A stretch of DNA of 52,141 nucleotides, from IMG/VR virus record IMGVR_UViG_3300050011_000039, positions 1 to 52,141 of that record; one strand, given 5' to 3'. Shown one piece after another: positions 19,459 to 29,460 of this stretch (position 1 is the first letter of the stretch; every line of letters begins with the position of its first letter). Below the pieces are notes generated by a model that worked only from the letters and a program-made list of their open reading frames with translations, was not told the DNA's origin and searched no databases. Source of the DNA: a virus. Its lineage: Duplodnaviria; Caudoviricetes. The position numbers were made by a program, and so were the translations under genes.

Positions 19459-19712
19459 CAGACCCCACTATCTGGAATCTTGCCGTTAATACCAACCGTT
19501 TCTTCGCGCCGCTTCTTTATCTGATGCTGCAAGGTCTCGACGACTTTTTCCAGTTGATCGTCAGAGAAAATCGCAAACGCCTTATCGTCAGACATATGCC
19601 GCGCCACCAATGTCAGCTTAACGCCAAGCGTGAACATCTTGGCGAGATTGGTCAGCGTGATAAGCGCGACTTCTTGAACGTCGGAGTTTAAACCTCGGTA
19701 GAGTTGGGACAT
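19458..19712 (-). CDS. Hypothetical protein (84 aa)
   Basis: Coupled ORF in the operon. Confidence 0.6.
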   Translation of the reverse strand: MSQLYRGLNSDVQEVALITLTNLAKMFTLGVKLTLVARHMSDDKAFAIFSDDQLEKVVETLQHQIKKRREETVGINGKIPDSGV

Positions 19713-19721
19713 GATTGATAT

Positions 19722-19904
19722 TTACTTTCTAAGATTAATCAAAGTCTTTGCGAGCGCAGCTTCCTTGCCAAGTTTTCCACCAGCACCTGATTCTTTTTTG
19801 GCATAGGCCAGCGTTGACATTCCGGCAGCCTTAGCTTTTGCGGAAAACTTTCCTTTGTTCTTTTTCTTTATGGCACCAGCAATCCAGTGATCTTTCATAG
19901 ACAT
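19722..19904 (-). CDS. Small basic protein (60 aa)
   Basis: WIAGAIKK..KGKFSAKA...A.LAKTL, a recurrent phage head-region family; start revised to MSMKD (AAGGA RBS). Confidence 0.65.
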   Translation of the reverse strand: MSMKDHWIAGAIKKKNKGKFSAKAKAAGMSTLAYAKKESGAGGKLGKEAALAKTLINLRK

Positions 19905-19908
19905 GATT

Positions 19909-20016
19909 TTATCCTTTCTTCCGGTTAGCAAAGTTTTTCTTGGGTTGGATTTTAGGTTGCGGCTTGGGTGGGCTGTAGAAAGGCTGTGGTTTCGGAGTGA
20001 ATTTCTTTTTGTCCAT
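19909..20016 (-). CDS. Possible 35-aa Lys/Pro-rich peptide
   Basis: MDKKKFTPKPQPFYSPPKPQPKIQPKKNFANRKKG fills the gap after the portal gene exactly. Confidence 0.4.
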   Translation of the reverse strand: MDKKKFTPKPQPFYSPPKPQPKIQPKKNFANRKKG

Positions 20017-20020
20017 GATT

Positions 20021-21682
20021 TTACCCTGGGATTGCGGTCGCGGTCGTCCTGGCTGGCATGCCTGACAAAGCTTGTCCAGCAGCACCAATCTTCTGGGCAA
20101 CGTCGGCACCGGCACCCATGTTTGCCAATAACTGCTGTGTCTGCGCTTGCTTGGCTGCAATTTGATCCATATTCTGCATCTGCCCATCACTCCGCATCCA
20201 ACGCACTGGGGTTCCGATGCCTTCGAGCGCATCGCGCAACGCCTTACGAGCATCAACCATATTGACACTTCCAGGATCAAGCGCGGCTGCTTCCGCCAAC
20301 ATCGCTTTGGCATTATTGAACTGTGCGCCCTGCTGCGCTTCCAATGCCTGATGCAGCGGGCTTTGAAACTTGAACTGGATATTCTGACCTTGCAGCGAAC
20401 GAGGCATATCGGTGAACGCGCCGAATGCGCCACCACGATGCAAGAGGTCAAAGTCGATCTCACACAATGCGCCGTTATATTCTACCTCAGTCGGCGCGAA
20501 TATCGGTAGCGCATTGCGCACATACTCCGACACGCGCTGAGAAACTTCAAACGCCGTCATCTCTTTATCAAGTTTCGGCAAATCAATCTTGTCGAGATAG
20601 AACGCCGAATTAATCATCGTCTTGACTTCCTGATGAAGCTGCAAGCCGAAATTAAATCCGGTGTAATCATGCGGCATTACGCGCAGAACTTCGCCCGTCT
20701 TTTCGTCATACGAAGGGTCGTAGGTCGTGATACCACCCGCCATGAGATTAACGTCGGAACGCAGAACACCGCCCGGAGTTATCATCGGTGGCGTCACGGC
20801 CTTCTCACCAGCTTCGAGCAAGCAAAGCGTGATCGCCTGAATCAACCGTGCATCTGGCAATGCACAAACAGACGCAGGGGAATACGAATACTGTGAACCG
20901 GAAACAGTCTGCCATCTCGGAATGACATAACGCTTATTCCAGATGCCGGTTTCTTCGATGACAGTTTTGTAATCGACACATATATAAATCGACACATAAG
21001 GCTGCGGGTATTTCTTTTCGCCATAGCCTTCAGATGGAATAACGATATGGCGAACCTCAATCGTGCTGTACGGTTCTTTTTCCAGCCGCTGCGCGATCTT
21101 GCCATCAGGGTCTTTGTATTTTGGAAATGTCTGGCAGAATTGTTTTATCGTAGGTTTCCATTTACGATGCACTTCATCAATCTGTCCTTTGTAATTTTCA
21201 GCCCACGCCACATCGCGTATATGCCAGCAACGATGCAGTAGTGCATTACCTTCACGATTAAGTTCCGCACTAAGCACAGCTTGACCAAAAGCGATATAGT
21301 CACTGTCTCCCTCCGTAGTTGCGCGAGCCAGCATAGCTTCGGGATCATACATAGCGCGACGCTGGATTCCAGTTGACCATTCGAGCCATTGCTTGCCCTG
21401 CAAATCAACCTTGTCGGGTCGCATAACCGATACGTCAAACCATTCCTTGTCGGTTGGGCGCAGCATGGTTGAGAAAATGTTAGCCAGATTGCGGCGGCAG
21501 AGAACGGGATATGAAGTTGTCAGGATTGCGGCGAAGTCCATGCCGAGCGACCTGTTAACAGTAAAATCAGCCCGCTCAGGGTAAAAATTGTCTGCCGTTT
21601 CTTGAAGCAACGACATTAACGCAATGCGCTGCGTAAAGAGTTGATCGCCCTGCTCGATAAGCGTCTGTGCGCGTGAGTCCAT
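20021..21682 (-). CDS. Portal protein (head-to-tail connector), 553 aa
   Basis: PRW....GS.Y.YSP...ALPD...IQ, EKAV.PPM, MTAFEV.QR..E motifs. Confidence 0.92.
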   Translation of the reverse strand: MDSRAQTLIEQGDQLFTQRIALMSLLQETADNFYPERADFTVNRSLGMDFAAILTTSYPVLCRRNLANIFSTMLRPTDKEWFDVSVMRPDKVDLQGKQWLEWSTGIQRRAMYDPEAMLARATTEGDSDYIAFGQAVLSAELNREGNALLHRCWHIRDVAWAENYKGQIDEVHRKWKPTIKQFCQTFPKYKDPDGKIAQRLEKEPYSTIEVRHIVIPSEGYGEKKYPQPYVSIYICVDYKTVIEETGIWNKRYVIPRWQTVSGSQYSYSPASVCALPDARLIQAITLCLLEAGEKAVTPPMITPGGVLRSDVNLMAGGITTYDPSYDEKTGEVLRVMPHDYTGFNFGLQLHQEVKTMINSAFYLDKIDLPKLDKEMTAFEVSQRVSEYVRNALPIFAPTEVEYNGALCEIDFDLLHRGGAFGAFTDMPRSLQGQNIQFKFQSPLHQALEAQQGAQFNNAKAMLAEAAALDPGSVNMVDARKALRDALEGIGTPVRWMRSDGQMQNMDQIAAKQAQTQQLLANMGAGADVAQKIGAAGQALSGMPARTTATAIPG

Positions 21683-21915
21683 TAATTCCCGCCAAGCGTT
21701 GAACTCGTGCCTTCTTCTTTAACCAGATTTGTCGAGTTACGACCAGAGGATGCCTGCGCTCCTGCAATCGTTTGAGCCTGTTGCGCTGTTGACGTTGCGT
21801 TATTGGCGCTTGGAGCAACCGGCATTGCCACAGGTGCGGGTGCGGGCGTGGGTGCGGGTGCGGGCGTGGGTGCGGGAATGTTTGGCATTTTGGGGGTTGA
21901 GAACAAGGCGGGCAT
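21682..21915 (-). CDS. Small Pro-rich virion-associated protein (77 aa)
   Basis: PAPT repeats, GR.STNL...TLGG C-terminus; typical gene just before podoviral portals. Confidence 0.7.
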   Translation of the reverse strand: MPALFSTPKMPNIPAPTPAPAPTPAPAPVAMPVAPSANNATSTAQQAQTIAGAQASSGRNSTNLVKEEGTSSTLGGN

Positions 21916-21945
21916 AAAAACACCTTCTGTGGTAGTTTACACGGG

Positions 21946-21974
21946 AGTATGCCACATCATATGGCTGTATTCAA
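21946..21974 (-). promoter_or_regulatory. Sigma70-type promoter for the portal operon
   Basis: TTGAAT-N17-CATACT. Confidence 0.55.
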
Positions 21975-21988
21975 GTTATGTTATAATA

Positions 21989-23617
21989 TTACCTGCTCCG
22001 ACGCTGACTCGTGTGACCAAGATTTACTTTCGGATTATTTTCGCGGCTCTGCTGATTTTTCCAGCCACCCTCGAAATTGATTCCTTTCACGCCGATACTC
22101 CAAGAAATCGTCACCGCATCAGCCCTGTCTGGCGACCTGCCGAGCCGTGTCTTAACATCTTCCTTCGGTTCCGCTTTTATGCACGACTTGCCGCCCTTGT
22201 TCACAATCTCATACCTCGTCGCGCCAAGTTCTGCCGCCAGCACAGCATCGACCGGCAACGCAACAACCGACCCACCGGGCTGATCTGGATTCAGGGCTTC
22301 CGCGAATTTCCAAATCACTTCGCTGCGTTTATTGAAAAACCCATAGACACCATTCGCGGTTCGCGCCGTCGAACCCTCATTGCCCTTGAACGCCATCGGT
22401 TCAAGTCCATTTTCCTTTAACTGCTGAAATGGTAGGTTCCCATAGCCACCGCCCATATCGAGCGCGATGCGAGCGCCATCCATGCGAATCTTGAGGATAT
22501 GTCCAGCGATGCCATTTCCATTCGGTGTTTCCTTCGCGGGGATTACCGTTAGTTCAGGAAAATACCCATCATAGCGCGGAGCCAACACACTCGGATCGAC
22601 GCCGCCGCCAGAGCAGTCAACTCCCAACGCGCACATCGGAATGTTGTTCGGCTTCGTCGGCCTCCACCGTTCCTGCGCTGCTCGTATCCATGCAGTCGGA
22701 ATAATCTGCATGGCATCGTCCTTGCGATTCGCCATGAAATTACCGTCGCGCAACGACGCCCGGAGTTCAGGCCGCAAGCTGTCCAGTTTCGCCGCGTAGT
22801 CAGTATTCGCTAGAAACGGGTTATCCTCAACAGACGACCGAATGAACGTGCGCGACATCGGCTTCAGTGGGTTGCCATTCTTGCCTAACAACGGTTTCCC
22901 GTTAACAATCGCAACGGAATCCTTATCCTCAAGTTCTACATCATGTCCTTCTTCATCCGACACGAACCAGCGCAACTCGCCGCACTTCGCAGGACGCGGA
23001 TGACCTGGATCGAGCCACGGCGCGAACATCGAGATAACCCATTCGCCCTCAGCAGACAAAGGCGGATTCGTCGCCAATATAACGCGGCATCTTTGATTCG
23101 GCGTGGCAGACCGCAACCAGCCGATCAGGAACCGAACCTGACTCTCAGCAAACGCCACAACCTCATCCAGAAAAATCAGATCATGCGGGCGACCCATCCA
23201 GTTCTCTTCATCACCAATACGCTGACAAGCACCGAACTCAATCAGTCGCCCATCATTCGTGCGCAGCGTCGGTGGAATCGAGCCATTATACCCATCGCGG
23301 CTCCCGTTCAGCTTCAGGACTTCTTCCGTCAATCCTGACAAATCCGTATATTGCCGCCGCATGCAAAGGCTGCGTTCGTGTGCCGTCAGCGCGAGACCAA
23401 GCCCCAAGGCGCTCTTGCCACCACCAGCCTGCCCACCGAACAGCAATATATCAGCCTTCGAGAAATACGCATCCGTCTGCGGCCCAGACGACGGTATGAA
23501 CTTCATCGACTTCTTCGTCGCGGCAAGTTTCTTATACGCCGCCAACTGCGCGGGCGTAGCCTTATTCAGCCGTTCAAGGAATTGTTCTGCCGTAAGTTTT
23601 TGTTGCGGTTCCGGCAT
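21989..23617 (-). CDS. terL: Terminase large subunit (542 aa)
   Basis: Walker A GGQAGGGKS, Walker B IFLDE, ATNPP, nuclease LGVDCSGGG.D and RLGRSPDRADA. Confidence 0.93.
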   Translation of the reverse strand: MPEPQQKLTAEQFLERLNKATPAQLAAYKKLAATKKSMKFIPSSGPQTDAYFSKADILLFGGQAGGGKSALGLGLALTAHERSLCMRRQYTDLSGLTEEVLKLNGSRDGYNGSIPPTLRTNDGRLIEFGACQRIGDEENWMGRPHDLIFLDEVVAFAESQVRFLIGWLRSATPNQRCRVILATNPPLSAEGEWVISMFAPWLDPGHPRPAKCGELRWFVSDEEGHDVELEDKDSVAIVNGKPLLGKNGNPLKPMSRTFIRSSVEDNPFLANTDYAAKLDSLRPELRASLRDGNFMANRKDDAMQIIPTAWIRAAQERWRPTKPNNIPMCALGVDCSGGGVDPSVLAPRYDGYFPELTVIPAKETPNGNGIAGHILKIRMDGARIALDMGGGYGNLPFQQLKENGLEPMAFKGNEGSTARTANGVYGFFNKRSEVIWKFAEALNPDQPGGSVVALPVDAVLAAELGATRYEIVNKGGKSCIKAEPKEDVKTRLGRSPDRADAVTISWSIGVKGINFEGGWKNQQSRENNPKVNLGHTSQRRSR

Positions 23618-23946
23618 CAGGAGTGTTCACTCCATGAACTTCCATTGTACGTTATCATCGCGCCTCCGTAATTCGACCCGATCACAGGATTCGTCACGCC
23701 ATCAATCGTACCGTCAACCGTGATGTTATAAGTCGCCGCCGCGCCGGAAATATCTTTTATTAACAACAACTGCTTGGCAATCGGCGACGCAGGCAACGTC
23801 AGCGTCACGGCACCTGCATAATTCACATAAACGATGTTGTCTGTCGGCAGGATCGTGTATGTCGATGCCGCAACGGTTTTCGTATTCAGCGCACCGCTGA
23901 TGCTCGATAATCCGAACTCAAGGCTAAACGCATTGATACCCTGCAT
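23617..23946 (-). CDS. Hypothetical beta-rich protein (109 aa)
   Basis: TLTLPASP...IKD.SG.A...NIT..TIDG...Y.G..W small fibre-like domain. Confidence 0.7.
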   Translation of the reverse strand: MQGINAFSLEFGLSSISGALNTKTVAASTYTILPTDNIVYVNYAGAVTLTLPASPIAKQLLLIKDISGAAATYNITVDGTIDGVTNPVIGSNYGGAMITYNGSSWSEHS

Positions 23947-23949
23947 GGG

Positions 23950-24558
23950 TTAACCCCTCAGAGCGTTCTTCTCCGCAGCCGATACTTCCTCATGCCGCGC
24001 TTCGACCTTGGCCGAGAACGCTGTCAACGCATCGTGCCGAGCCTCAAGTTCAGCCTGACGCGCACCAAGCCTGTCGGCGTGTTCGTTGAGTGCCTTTTCA
24101 CGAAGGTCAGATGCCAACTCAGCCCGTCTAACCGAACTCTCACGGGAAGAAACAGCACGTTCCAACTCATCAACCTTCGCCATACGCGACGCATGAACAT
24201 CAGCCAGATACTTCTGATCTTTGGCAATCTTTTCTTCATGCTGCTGCACGAACACGCGATGCGCACCATCCAACTCAGCCGTCCGAGCCACATGCTCTTC
24301 AGCCAGCCTTTTCTCTTGCGCATCGAGAGCAGCCTGACGTTCTTCCAAATCCCTATCACGCAAAGCCTTCTCATTCAGCATCTCATGAACTTCCGCATGC
24401 TTCTTGTCGAAGTTTGACAGCATGCTGCCAACCTGCTTCAAGGCATCCTTGTCCGAGATAACCGTTTGCAAAACCTTCGCATGCTCAACCATGAGAGACA
24501 GGGCTTTAAGCTGCCCTTCCTCAGACTGAATCCGCGATAACGCACTATTGTCGAACAT
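23950..24558 (-). CDS. Coiled-coil protein (202 aa)
   Basis: E/R/A/K-rich heptad pattern. Confidence 0.75.
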   Translation of the reverse strand: MFDNSALSRIQSEEGQLKALSLMVEHAKVLQTVISDKDALKQVGSMLSNFDKKHAEVHEMLNEKALRDRDLEERQAALDAQEKRLAEEHVARTAELDGAHRVFVQQHEEKIAKDQKYLADVHASRMAKVDELERAVSSRESSVRRAELASDLREKALNEHADRLGARQAELEARHDALTAFSAKVEARHEEVSAAEKNALRG

Positions 24559-24589
24559 GAATGTACCCTTCTATTCCAACAACAATTAC

Positions 24590-25498
24590 TTACCCGCGCA
24601 ACGCAAGCTGTTCAGCCAGGATATAATCAACCAGCAGCGTCTGCGCATTACCGCCCGCAGCCTGCGAGAAGATACCAACCGACGGAGCCAGCAGCGCAGT
24701 CGTCGCAACCGCGAGCAACTGTGTCGCAACCAACGTGCCGTCGATGTAGTAATTCGCGTTACCCGCATTATCAATATCAACGCGGTAAGCGTGATTACCA
24801 GCCGTATCCAGCGTATAGGTCGAGGGCGCAGGCTGGTTATTCAGAGCCGCGCACTTCGTAATCTGCGCAGTCCCACCAGCATTAATCGACACCGCATACA
24901 GCGTCTTCGCCGTCGCGTTCAGATCATCCAGAACGAAGCAAGCCGCGTTCGTCGATGTCGCCGTAACCGTCACGCCAGAAATCGTAAACGGCACACTCAG
25001 CGTCACAGCGTCAATCAGCCCGAAGTTCGCGTTCACATCCGTAATCGCGGAGATCGTGCCAAGCGCAGCCTCAAACTTCGTTTCGCCATTAGAGACCAGA
25101 AAATTCCGCGCACCCACAAGCTGGCTACCCTGAACCGCCATCGTGTAGGTCGAGCCGCCGCCCGTTTCCAACTGCACGGCACCCTCAGCCGTACCAACCA
25201 AAAGAGCAGGCGTCTGACCCGTACCGCCATTCGAACCAGCCAACGCATGCCACTTATACGCATTCAGCGCATAACCCAGAAAATCATCAAACTGCCGCGC
25301 ATACAAAACCGGATGCGAAACCTTGTACGACGCGCCATCCAGCGTCTTGTTCATCTTGAACAACCGCAATCCACGGAGGCAATCACCCGTCAGAAACGGC
25401 GCATACTGCCCATCCGTTTCCTGCGAATCCGTGTGACCATCCAACCCAAGAAGCCGTCCAACCAGCGACTTCACAATATCCGATGTACCTGCGGTCAT
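24590..25498 (-). CDS. Hypothetical beta-sandwich protein (302 aa), possibly virion
   Basis: FDDFLG...VDYI motif, GGAG RBS. Confidence 0.75.
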   Translation of the reverse strand: MTAGTSDIVKSLVGRLLGLDGHTDSQETDGQYAPFLTGDCLRGLRLFKMNKTLDGASYKVSHPVLYARQFDDFLGYALNAYKWHALAGSNGGTGQTPALLVGTAEGAVQLETGGGSTYTMAVQGSQLVGARNFLVSNGETKFEAALGTISAITDVNANFGLIDAVTLSVPFTISGVTVTATSTNAACFVLDDLNATAKTLYAVSINAGGTAQITKCAALNNQPAPSTYTLDTAGNHAYRVDIDNAGNANYYIDGTLVATQLLAVATTALLAPSVGIFSQAAGGNAQTLLVDYILAEQLALRG

Positions 25499-25538
25499 GC
25501 TATTTACTCCATGTGAGTGTTGAAACTAAACCAAGAAA

Positions 25539-25901
25539 CTAAACCAAATAAACCTGTATCGAGATGTTCGTCGTCGCAGTCGCGATGAAACTAATCGCCG
25601 TCACGCTCTCATCAATGTACCGCTGATTAGGCGAAAACTCAGACCCCGTTCCATTCGTCACATTCGCGCTCGGAATAACCGCCGTCCCATGAAAATTAGC
25701 CCAGAACGGACCATCAGCCCCAAAGACCAAAAACACAGTCAGCCCTTTAATCGCACACGCAGCCAGCAACGTCGCTATCGTGTACGACGCCGCCGTATTC
25801 GCGCCCAGGTGCATCGAGTCAACCCACCCAGCCGCAACAGGGAAGTTCTCCGCGCCTTGAAGCTGGATATTTAGGGGGGAAACAGCGGGAGTCCAAGTCA
25901 T
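25539..25901 (-). CDS. Hypothetical protein (120 aa)
   Basis: GAGG RBS, operon-leading ORF. Confidence 0.7.
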   Translation of the reverse strand: MTWTPAVSPLNIQLQGAENFPVAAGWVDSMHLGANTAASYTIATLLAACAIKGLTVFLVFGADGPFWANFHGTAVIPSANVTNGTGSEFSPNQRYIDESVTAISFIATATTNISIQVYLV

Positions 25902-25997
25902 CTGGGGAACCTCAAAGACTGATTACTATAGTGTTATAACACACCACCCATAGACAACAAATAGACTTGTGTTACCATCCATTGTGTGTATAGTAAC

Positions 25998-26156
25998 ATG
26001 ATGAAGATTTGCAAACACTGTAAGCAGCTACTCGTCCGCATGTGTCAGCAATGCGCCAAGGAATTTTATCCAGAGCACCCAAAGGCGATGTTTTGCTGCC
26101 CAGCTTGTAAGCAAAAGGATTATCGAATCAGGAATGGGGTGAAAAAAAATGATTGA
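25998..26156 (+). CDS. Small Cys-rich zinc-ribbon protein (52 aa, not in the ORF track)
   Basis: MMKICKHCKQLLVRMCQQCAKEFYPEHPKAMFCCPACKQKDYRIRNGVKKND. Confidence 0.6.
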   Translation: MMKICKHCKQLLVRMCQQCAKEFYPEHPKAMFCCPACKQKDYRIRNGVKKND

Positions 26157-26859
26157 TAAGTATAAATCACGCCAAAGAATGTATTACTTACAATATCAGC
26201 ATGGCCTCACCATAGAAGATTATAATGGAATTCTTGCACACCAAAATAATGGTTGCGCAATTTGCAGTGAAAGCAAAGAACTTGTTGTCGATCATTGCCA
26301 CGACAAACAATACGTTCGAGGGCTTCTATGCCAAAGATGCAATATAGGTCTTGGATATTTCTATGATAAACCAGAACTTGTAAGGACAGCACTAGATTAC
26401 CTTATAAATCCATCAACTAAAAAGCTTGGAATCGTGGCTGCTGCAAAGCCTAGAATGGAAAAAAAGAATTGGAAGATACCACCATCACCAAAAGATTGGG
26501 GTCTAAAAGATTGTCTCTGCTGCGATACGAAAATCCCTAACAAAGCAAACAGAAAGTATTGTTCCTTTAAATGCCAATCAAAAGTTGCCGCAGTTAAACG
26601 GTTTCCACCCAAAGATCCGATTCATTGTCCTGTATGTTCCGTCATATTTACTCCACTCCAAAACCAACATAAGTGCTGTTCAAGAAAATGCTGGCTGGAA
26701 AATCACAGACACCCGCATCAACTTCAATATACATGCCAACACTGCTCTAGCCGATATAAACCATATAGATACTCACAAAAGTTCTGCTCATCTCAGTGTT
26801 GTAGCCAAAGCAGGGAGATATTGCGACTCGCAAAACAATCCCGACAGGAAACCCCATGA
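26149..26859 (+). CDS. Endonuclease VII-family homing endonuclease with three C-terminal zinc ribbons
   Basis: Q...CAIC...LVVDHCH....VRGLLC..CN.GLG.F.D; CxxC...YCS..C repeats; low GC. Confidence 0.88.
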   Translation: MIDKYKSRQRMYYLQYQHGLTIEDYNGILAHQNNGCAICSESKELVVDHCHDKQYVRGLLCQRCNIGLGYFYDKPELVRTALDYLINPSTKKLGIVAAAKPRMEKKNWKIPPSPKDWGLKDCLCCDTKIPNKANRKYCSFKCQSKVAAVKRFPPKDPIHCPVCSVIFTPLQNQHKCCSRKCWLENHRHPHQLQYTCQHCSSRYKPYRYSQKFCSSQCCSQSREILRLAKQSRQETP

Positions 26860-26985
26860 CCACCCTCGCCATAATCCTCACACCCGCCGCCATTATGCTT
26901 ATTCTCAATCCGCCACTCCATGGTATCCCGCAAATCATTCTCGTGTCAGCGGCCATCGTCGTGGCGTTCGTGGGGGTTGGGGAAA

Positions 26986-27489
26986 TTACGAGTCGATAAC
27001 CCGTTCGGAAATAAATTTAATCACATCTTCAGGAGACGCCCTCACCCATTCGCCGTGCGCATCTTCTGTGTGGAAAAAAGACAGTGCTGCCGATTCGATG
27101 TCTGTGGCGTCAATCCTAAACATATTATCAGATTTATATTCAAGTCTGGCTGGATACGGGCAATTAACCTTAATTTGTATTAGACGATTCTCAACAAATC
27201 TGGTGACACCTATCTTTACGAAACCTTCGCATGAAATTGCATAAACACAAAATATCTTTTTAGCGTGAGTTATCGGGGTTATTTCAAACTTTCTCTTTTT
27301 ACCCTTAATCTTAGTCAGCCCATTCTTACTATAACGCAATTGCTGACATGCTATACAATACCCGCCCTTGGAATATCTCTTCGATAAATGGCCGGCTGCG
27401 CATGGCTCAGTAGAATAAAAAAAACGCTCTCCTGCCGCGATTGCGTCACGCGCATTAGTCTTTAATTCTGTTTCATTGGTATATTCCAT
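26986..27489 (-). CDS. GIY-YIG (T5orf172-type) nuclease-domain protein
   Basis: VYAI....FVKIGVT...ENRL..I...CP...E....H......GEW; N-terminal PC..GH...RY....C..C; start revised to MEYTNE. Confidence 0.8.
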   Translation of the reverse strand: MEYTNETELKTNARDAIAAGERFFYSTEPCAAGHLSKRYSKGGYCIACQQLRYSKNGLTKIKGKKRKFEITPITHAKKIFCVYAISCEGFVKIGVTRFVENRLIQIKVNCPYPARLEYKSDNMFRIDATDIESAALSFFHTEDAHGEWVRASPEDVIKFISERVIDS

Positions 27490-27886
27490 AAAAAATTTAT
27501 AACTAAAAAAATTTAGATGGTCAACTAAAATTAGCGTTTTGGAATTTTGGAAAAAAAGTGGGCGGAGGTTCAAATAAACTTCCCAGCCCCGATTTCGGGG
27601 GGTACCCCTCGCGCAAAAGTCGCCGCAAGCAAAAACGCGCAGCCAATGGCTCGGCTATCATGCGGATGGATGGTTCGGGCTGGATGGTATGGAAACCGCT
27701 TCGATCTCTGTAGTAGGTATCGAACTAAACGGATAAGGCGTTGATATTGCTATCGAAGTGTGCGGCATGCCTGAACACATACCCCCACAGATACCCCCAG
27801 CACGCTACACTTTCATCATTCGTTACGTTATAACATTACAGGTTAATCAATGCCTTGCGTTGATATTGTGCCTATTTTTTAGGCAA

Positions 27887-28327
27887 TCATGGCGATTCTG
27901 GTCGAGCTGGTGACTCTTCGACCGCCTCATTACCCGCCGCATCGACGAGAACAGGCGTTGAATTACCTTCTATAACAATCCCTTGCGCGTCCTGCTCCGC
28001 CATGATGAACGCCAACTGCCTTGCAAGCTGCGCGTTGTCAACCTCATGTGTGACCTTGACGGCTGCGTCAATTGATTGCGTAGACTTGCCGTAAGCACGA
28101 TCACAAATCTCCTGCATATACGCAAGCGATTCACCCGGCTTCCAGTCATCACGCAATGCGCCAGCAATGAGTTTTTGCGCCATTGCATGAGCAACAAGCG
28201 GCTTAGGCGGCAACTCAGGCGCTGAACCTTCCCACGGGCGCGAGATCATGCACTGCAACGCATCCACGAATATTTTGCGTCCAGTTGTTCCCGAAGGGTT
28301 GCCGGATTGACCTGGCAAAAAAGTCAC
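27887..28327 (-). CDS. Probable terminase small subunit (DUF5681-type N-terminus)
   Basis: FLPGQSGNPSG motif and DRAYGK..Q; GTG start; first gene of the late strand. Confidence 0.65.
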   Translation of the reverse strand: MTFLPGQSGNPSGTTGRKIFVDALQCMISRPWEGSAPELPPKPLVAHAMAQKLIAGALRDDWKPGESLAYMQEICDRAYGKSTQSIDAAVKVTHEVDNAQLARQLAFIMAEQDAQGIVIEGNSTPVLVDAAGNEAVEESPARPESP

Positions 28328-28329
28328 TT

Positions 28330-28830
28330 GAGCCTACGAGTTAATTATTTGACGTGAAACAATATAACATTACACCGAATTACTTGCAAGCATGTTATTT
28401 TATAACATCCGTTTCATCTGCACAACACTACTGTTAAGCAGACAACAGCCATTCTTGAAATATAATTACCCACTTTTCAGTTTTACAATTAATTATTTAG
28501 CTTTTTGCCAATATAACGCGCAAAAAACAGGGGTAATTTAATTACTTTATTGTTTTTCGCTCTAGAGTAATAAGAAATAGAAAAACAATGCCTAAAGGGG
28601 GAGGGAGAACGGGGGAACACTATCTTATAAAAAATAAAGAATATATATAGTAATAAGTAGATTCCGTCCTTTGTTTACAGGGGTTAGAATTGTTTGCAAT
28701 TGATTGCAAAACGATGGTTATTAACTGTTTAATAATCTGATAAACATATAAATTGAATTATAAACCATAATTTCTTGACATAATACTATAAACGATTATA
28801 TTGATATATCAACCAACCATAGGGAAATAT
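28330..28830. promoter_or_regulatory. AT-rich intergenic region between divergent late and early units; candidate origin and promoters
   Basis: No ORFs, strong AT bias, TTGACA-N16-TATATT at 28775-28802, inverted TAATTACCC/GGGTAATT. Confidence 0.55.
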
Positions 28831-28834
28831 AAAA

Positions 28835-29050
28835 ATGTTCACAGTCACAAAAAACAATCCGATTCCCACCAGCCGAATTGATTGGCCCTTCAAGACAATG
28901 GAAATAGACGAATCAATCGAAATCGAAGACAAGGCTTTTTGGAGCAAGGCGGTTATTTGCGCTCACATCACGGGCCGTCAAAAGAATATGAAATTTTCTA
29001 CACGATGGAATAAAGCCGAAAACAAAGGGATTATATGGCGTATATCATAA
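28835..29050 (+). CDS. Small putative DNA-binding protein (71 aa)
   Basis: IP....WPFKTME..ES...KFSTR.....IWR, a recurrent phage family. Confidence 0.65.
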   Translation: MFTVTKNNPIPTSRIDWPFKTMEIDESIEIEDKAFWSKAVICAHITGRQKNMKFSTRWNKAENKGIIWRIS

Positions 29051-29178
29051 TATAGTAATATTATTGCTATTTTATAATTTATCAAAATAACTATATACAA
29101 AGGCCTTTCAATATGAAATACTCCTTATATCGAAACGCTCCTGATTGTTTCGATTAAACCGCAAACCGTAAAGGATTA

Positions 29179-29421
29179 ATGAAAATGAAACCCTGCAATC
29201 AACCCCTACTTGCCGCCTGCTGCGAAGGATTCGCCGGACTGCCTAACCCGCACTTGCGCTCTAGCAACATGGAAGAAATTCACCGGATAGGATCAATAAT
29301 GAAAGCGCAGGGGATGCAATGCCCCGCGCACGTTCACAAGAGTCGGGGATCGACCTATCTGGTCAACGGCAAGAAGTTTTCTATCGTTTACGGACAAGGC
29401 GCAAGCTTTGTTAAGTTTTAA
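29179..29421 (+). CDS. Hypothetical early protein
   Basis: AAGGA RBS. Confidence 0.6.
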   Translation: MKMKPCNQPLLAACCEGFAGLPNPHLRSSNMEEIHRIGSIMKAQGMQCPAHVHKSRGSTYLVNGKKFSIVYGQGASFVKF

Positions 29422-29460
29422 CCCAACCAACCGGAATTTCCGGACACATCGAAAGGATTA

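Noticed and set aside
19909-20463. 184-aa ORF overlapping the portal 3' end
   Set aside because: Only the last 35 codons lie outside the portal gene; the rest looks like off-frame noise
24548-25516. 322-aa Arg-rich plus-strand ORF
   Set aside because: Antisense shadow of the 302-aa gene, explained by codon bias
26139-26156. A8 slippery site fusing the zinc-ribbon peptide to the endonuclease
   Set aside because: It would need a +1 shift, there is no stimulatory structure, and an ordinary 8-nt overlap explains it
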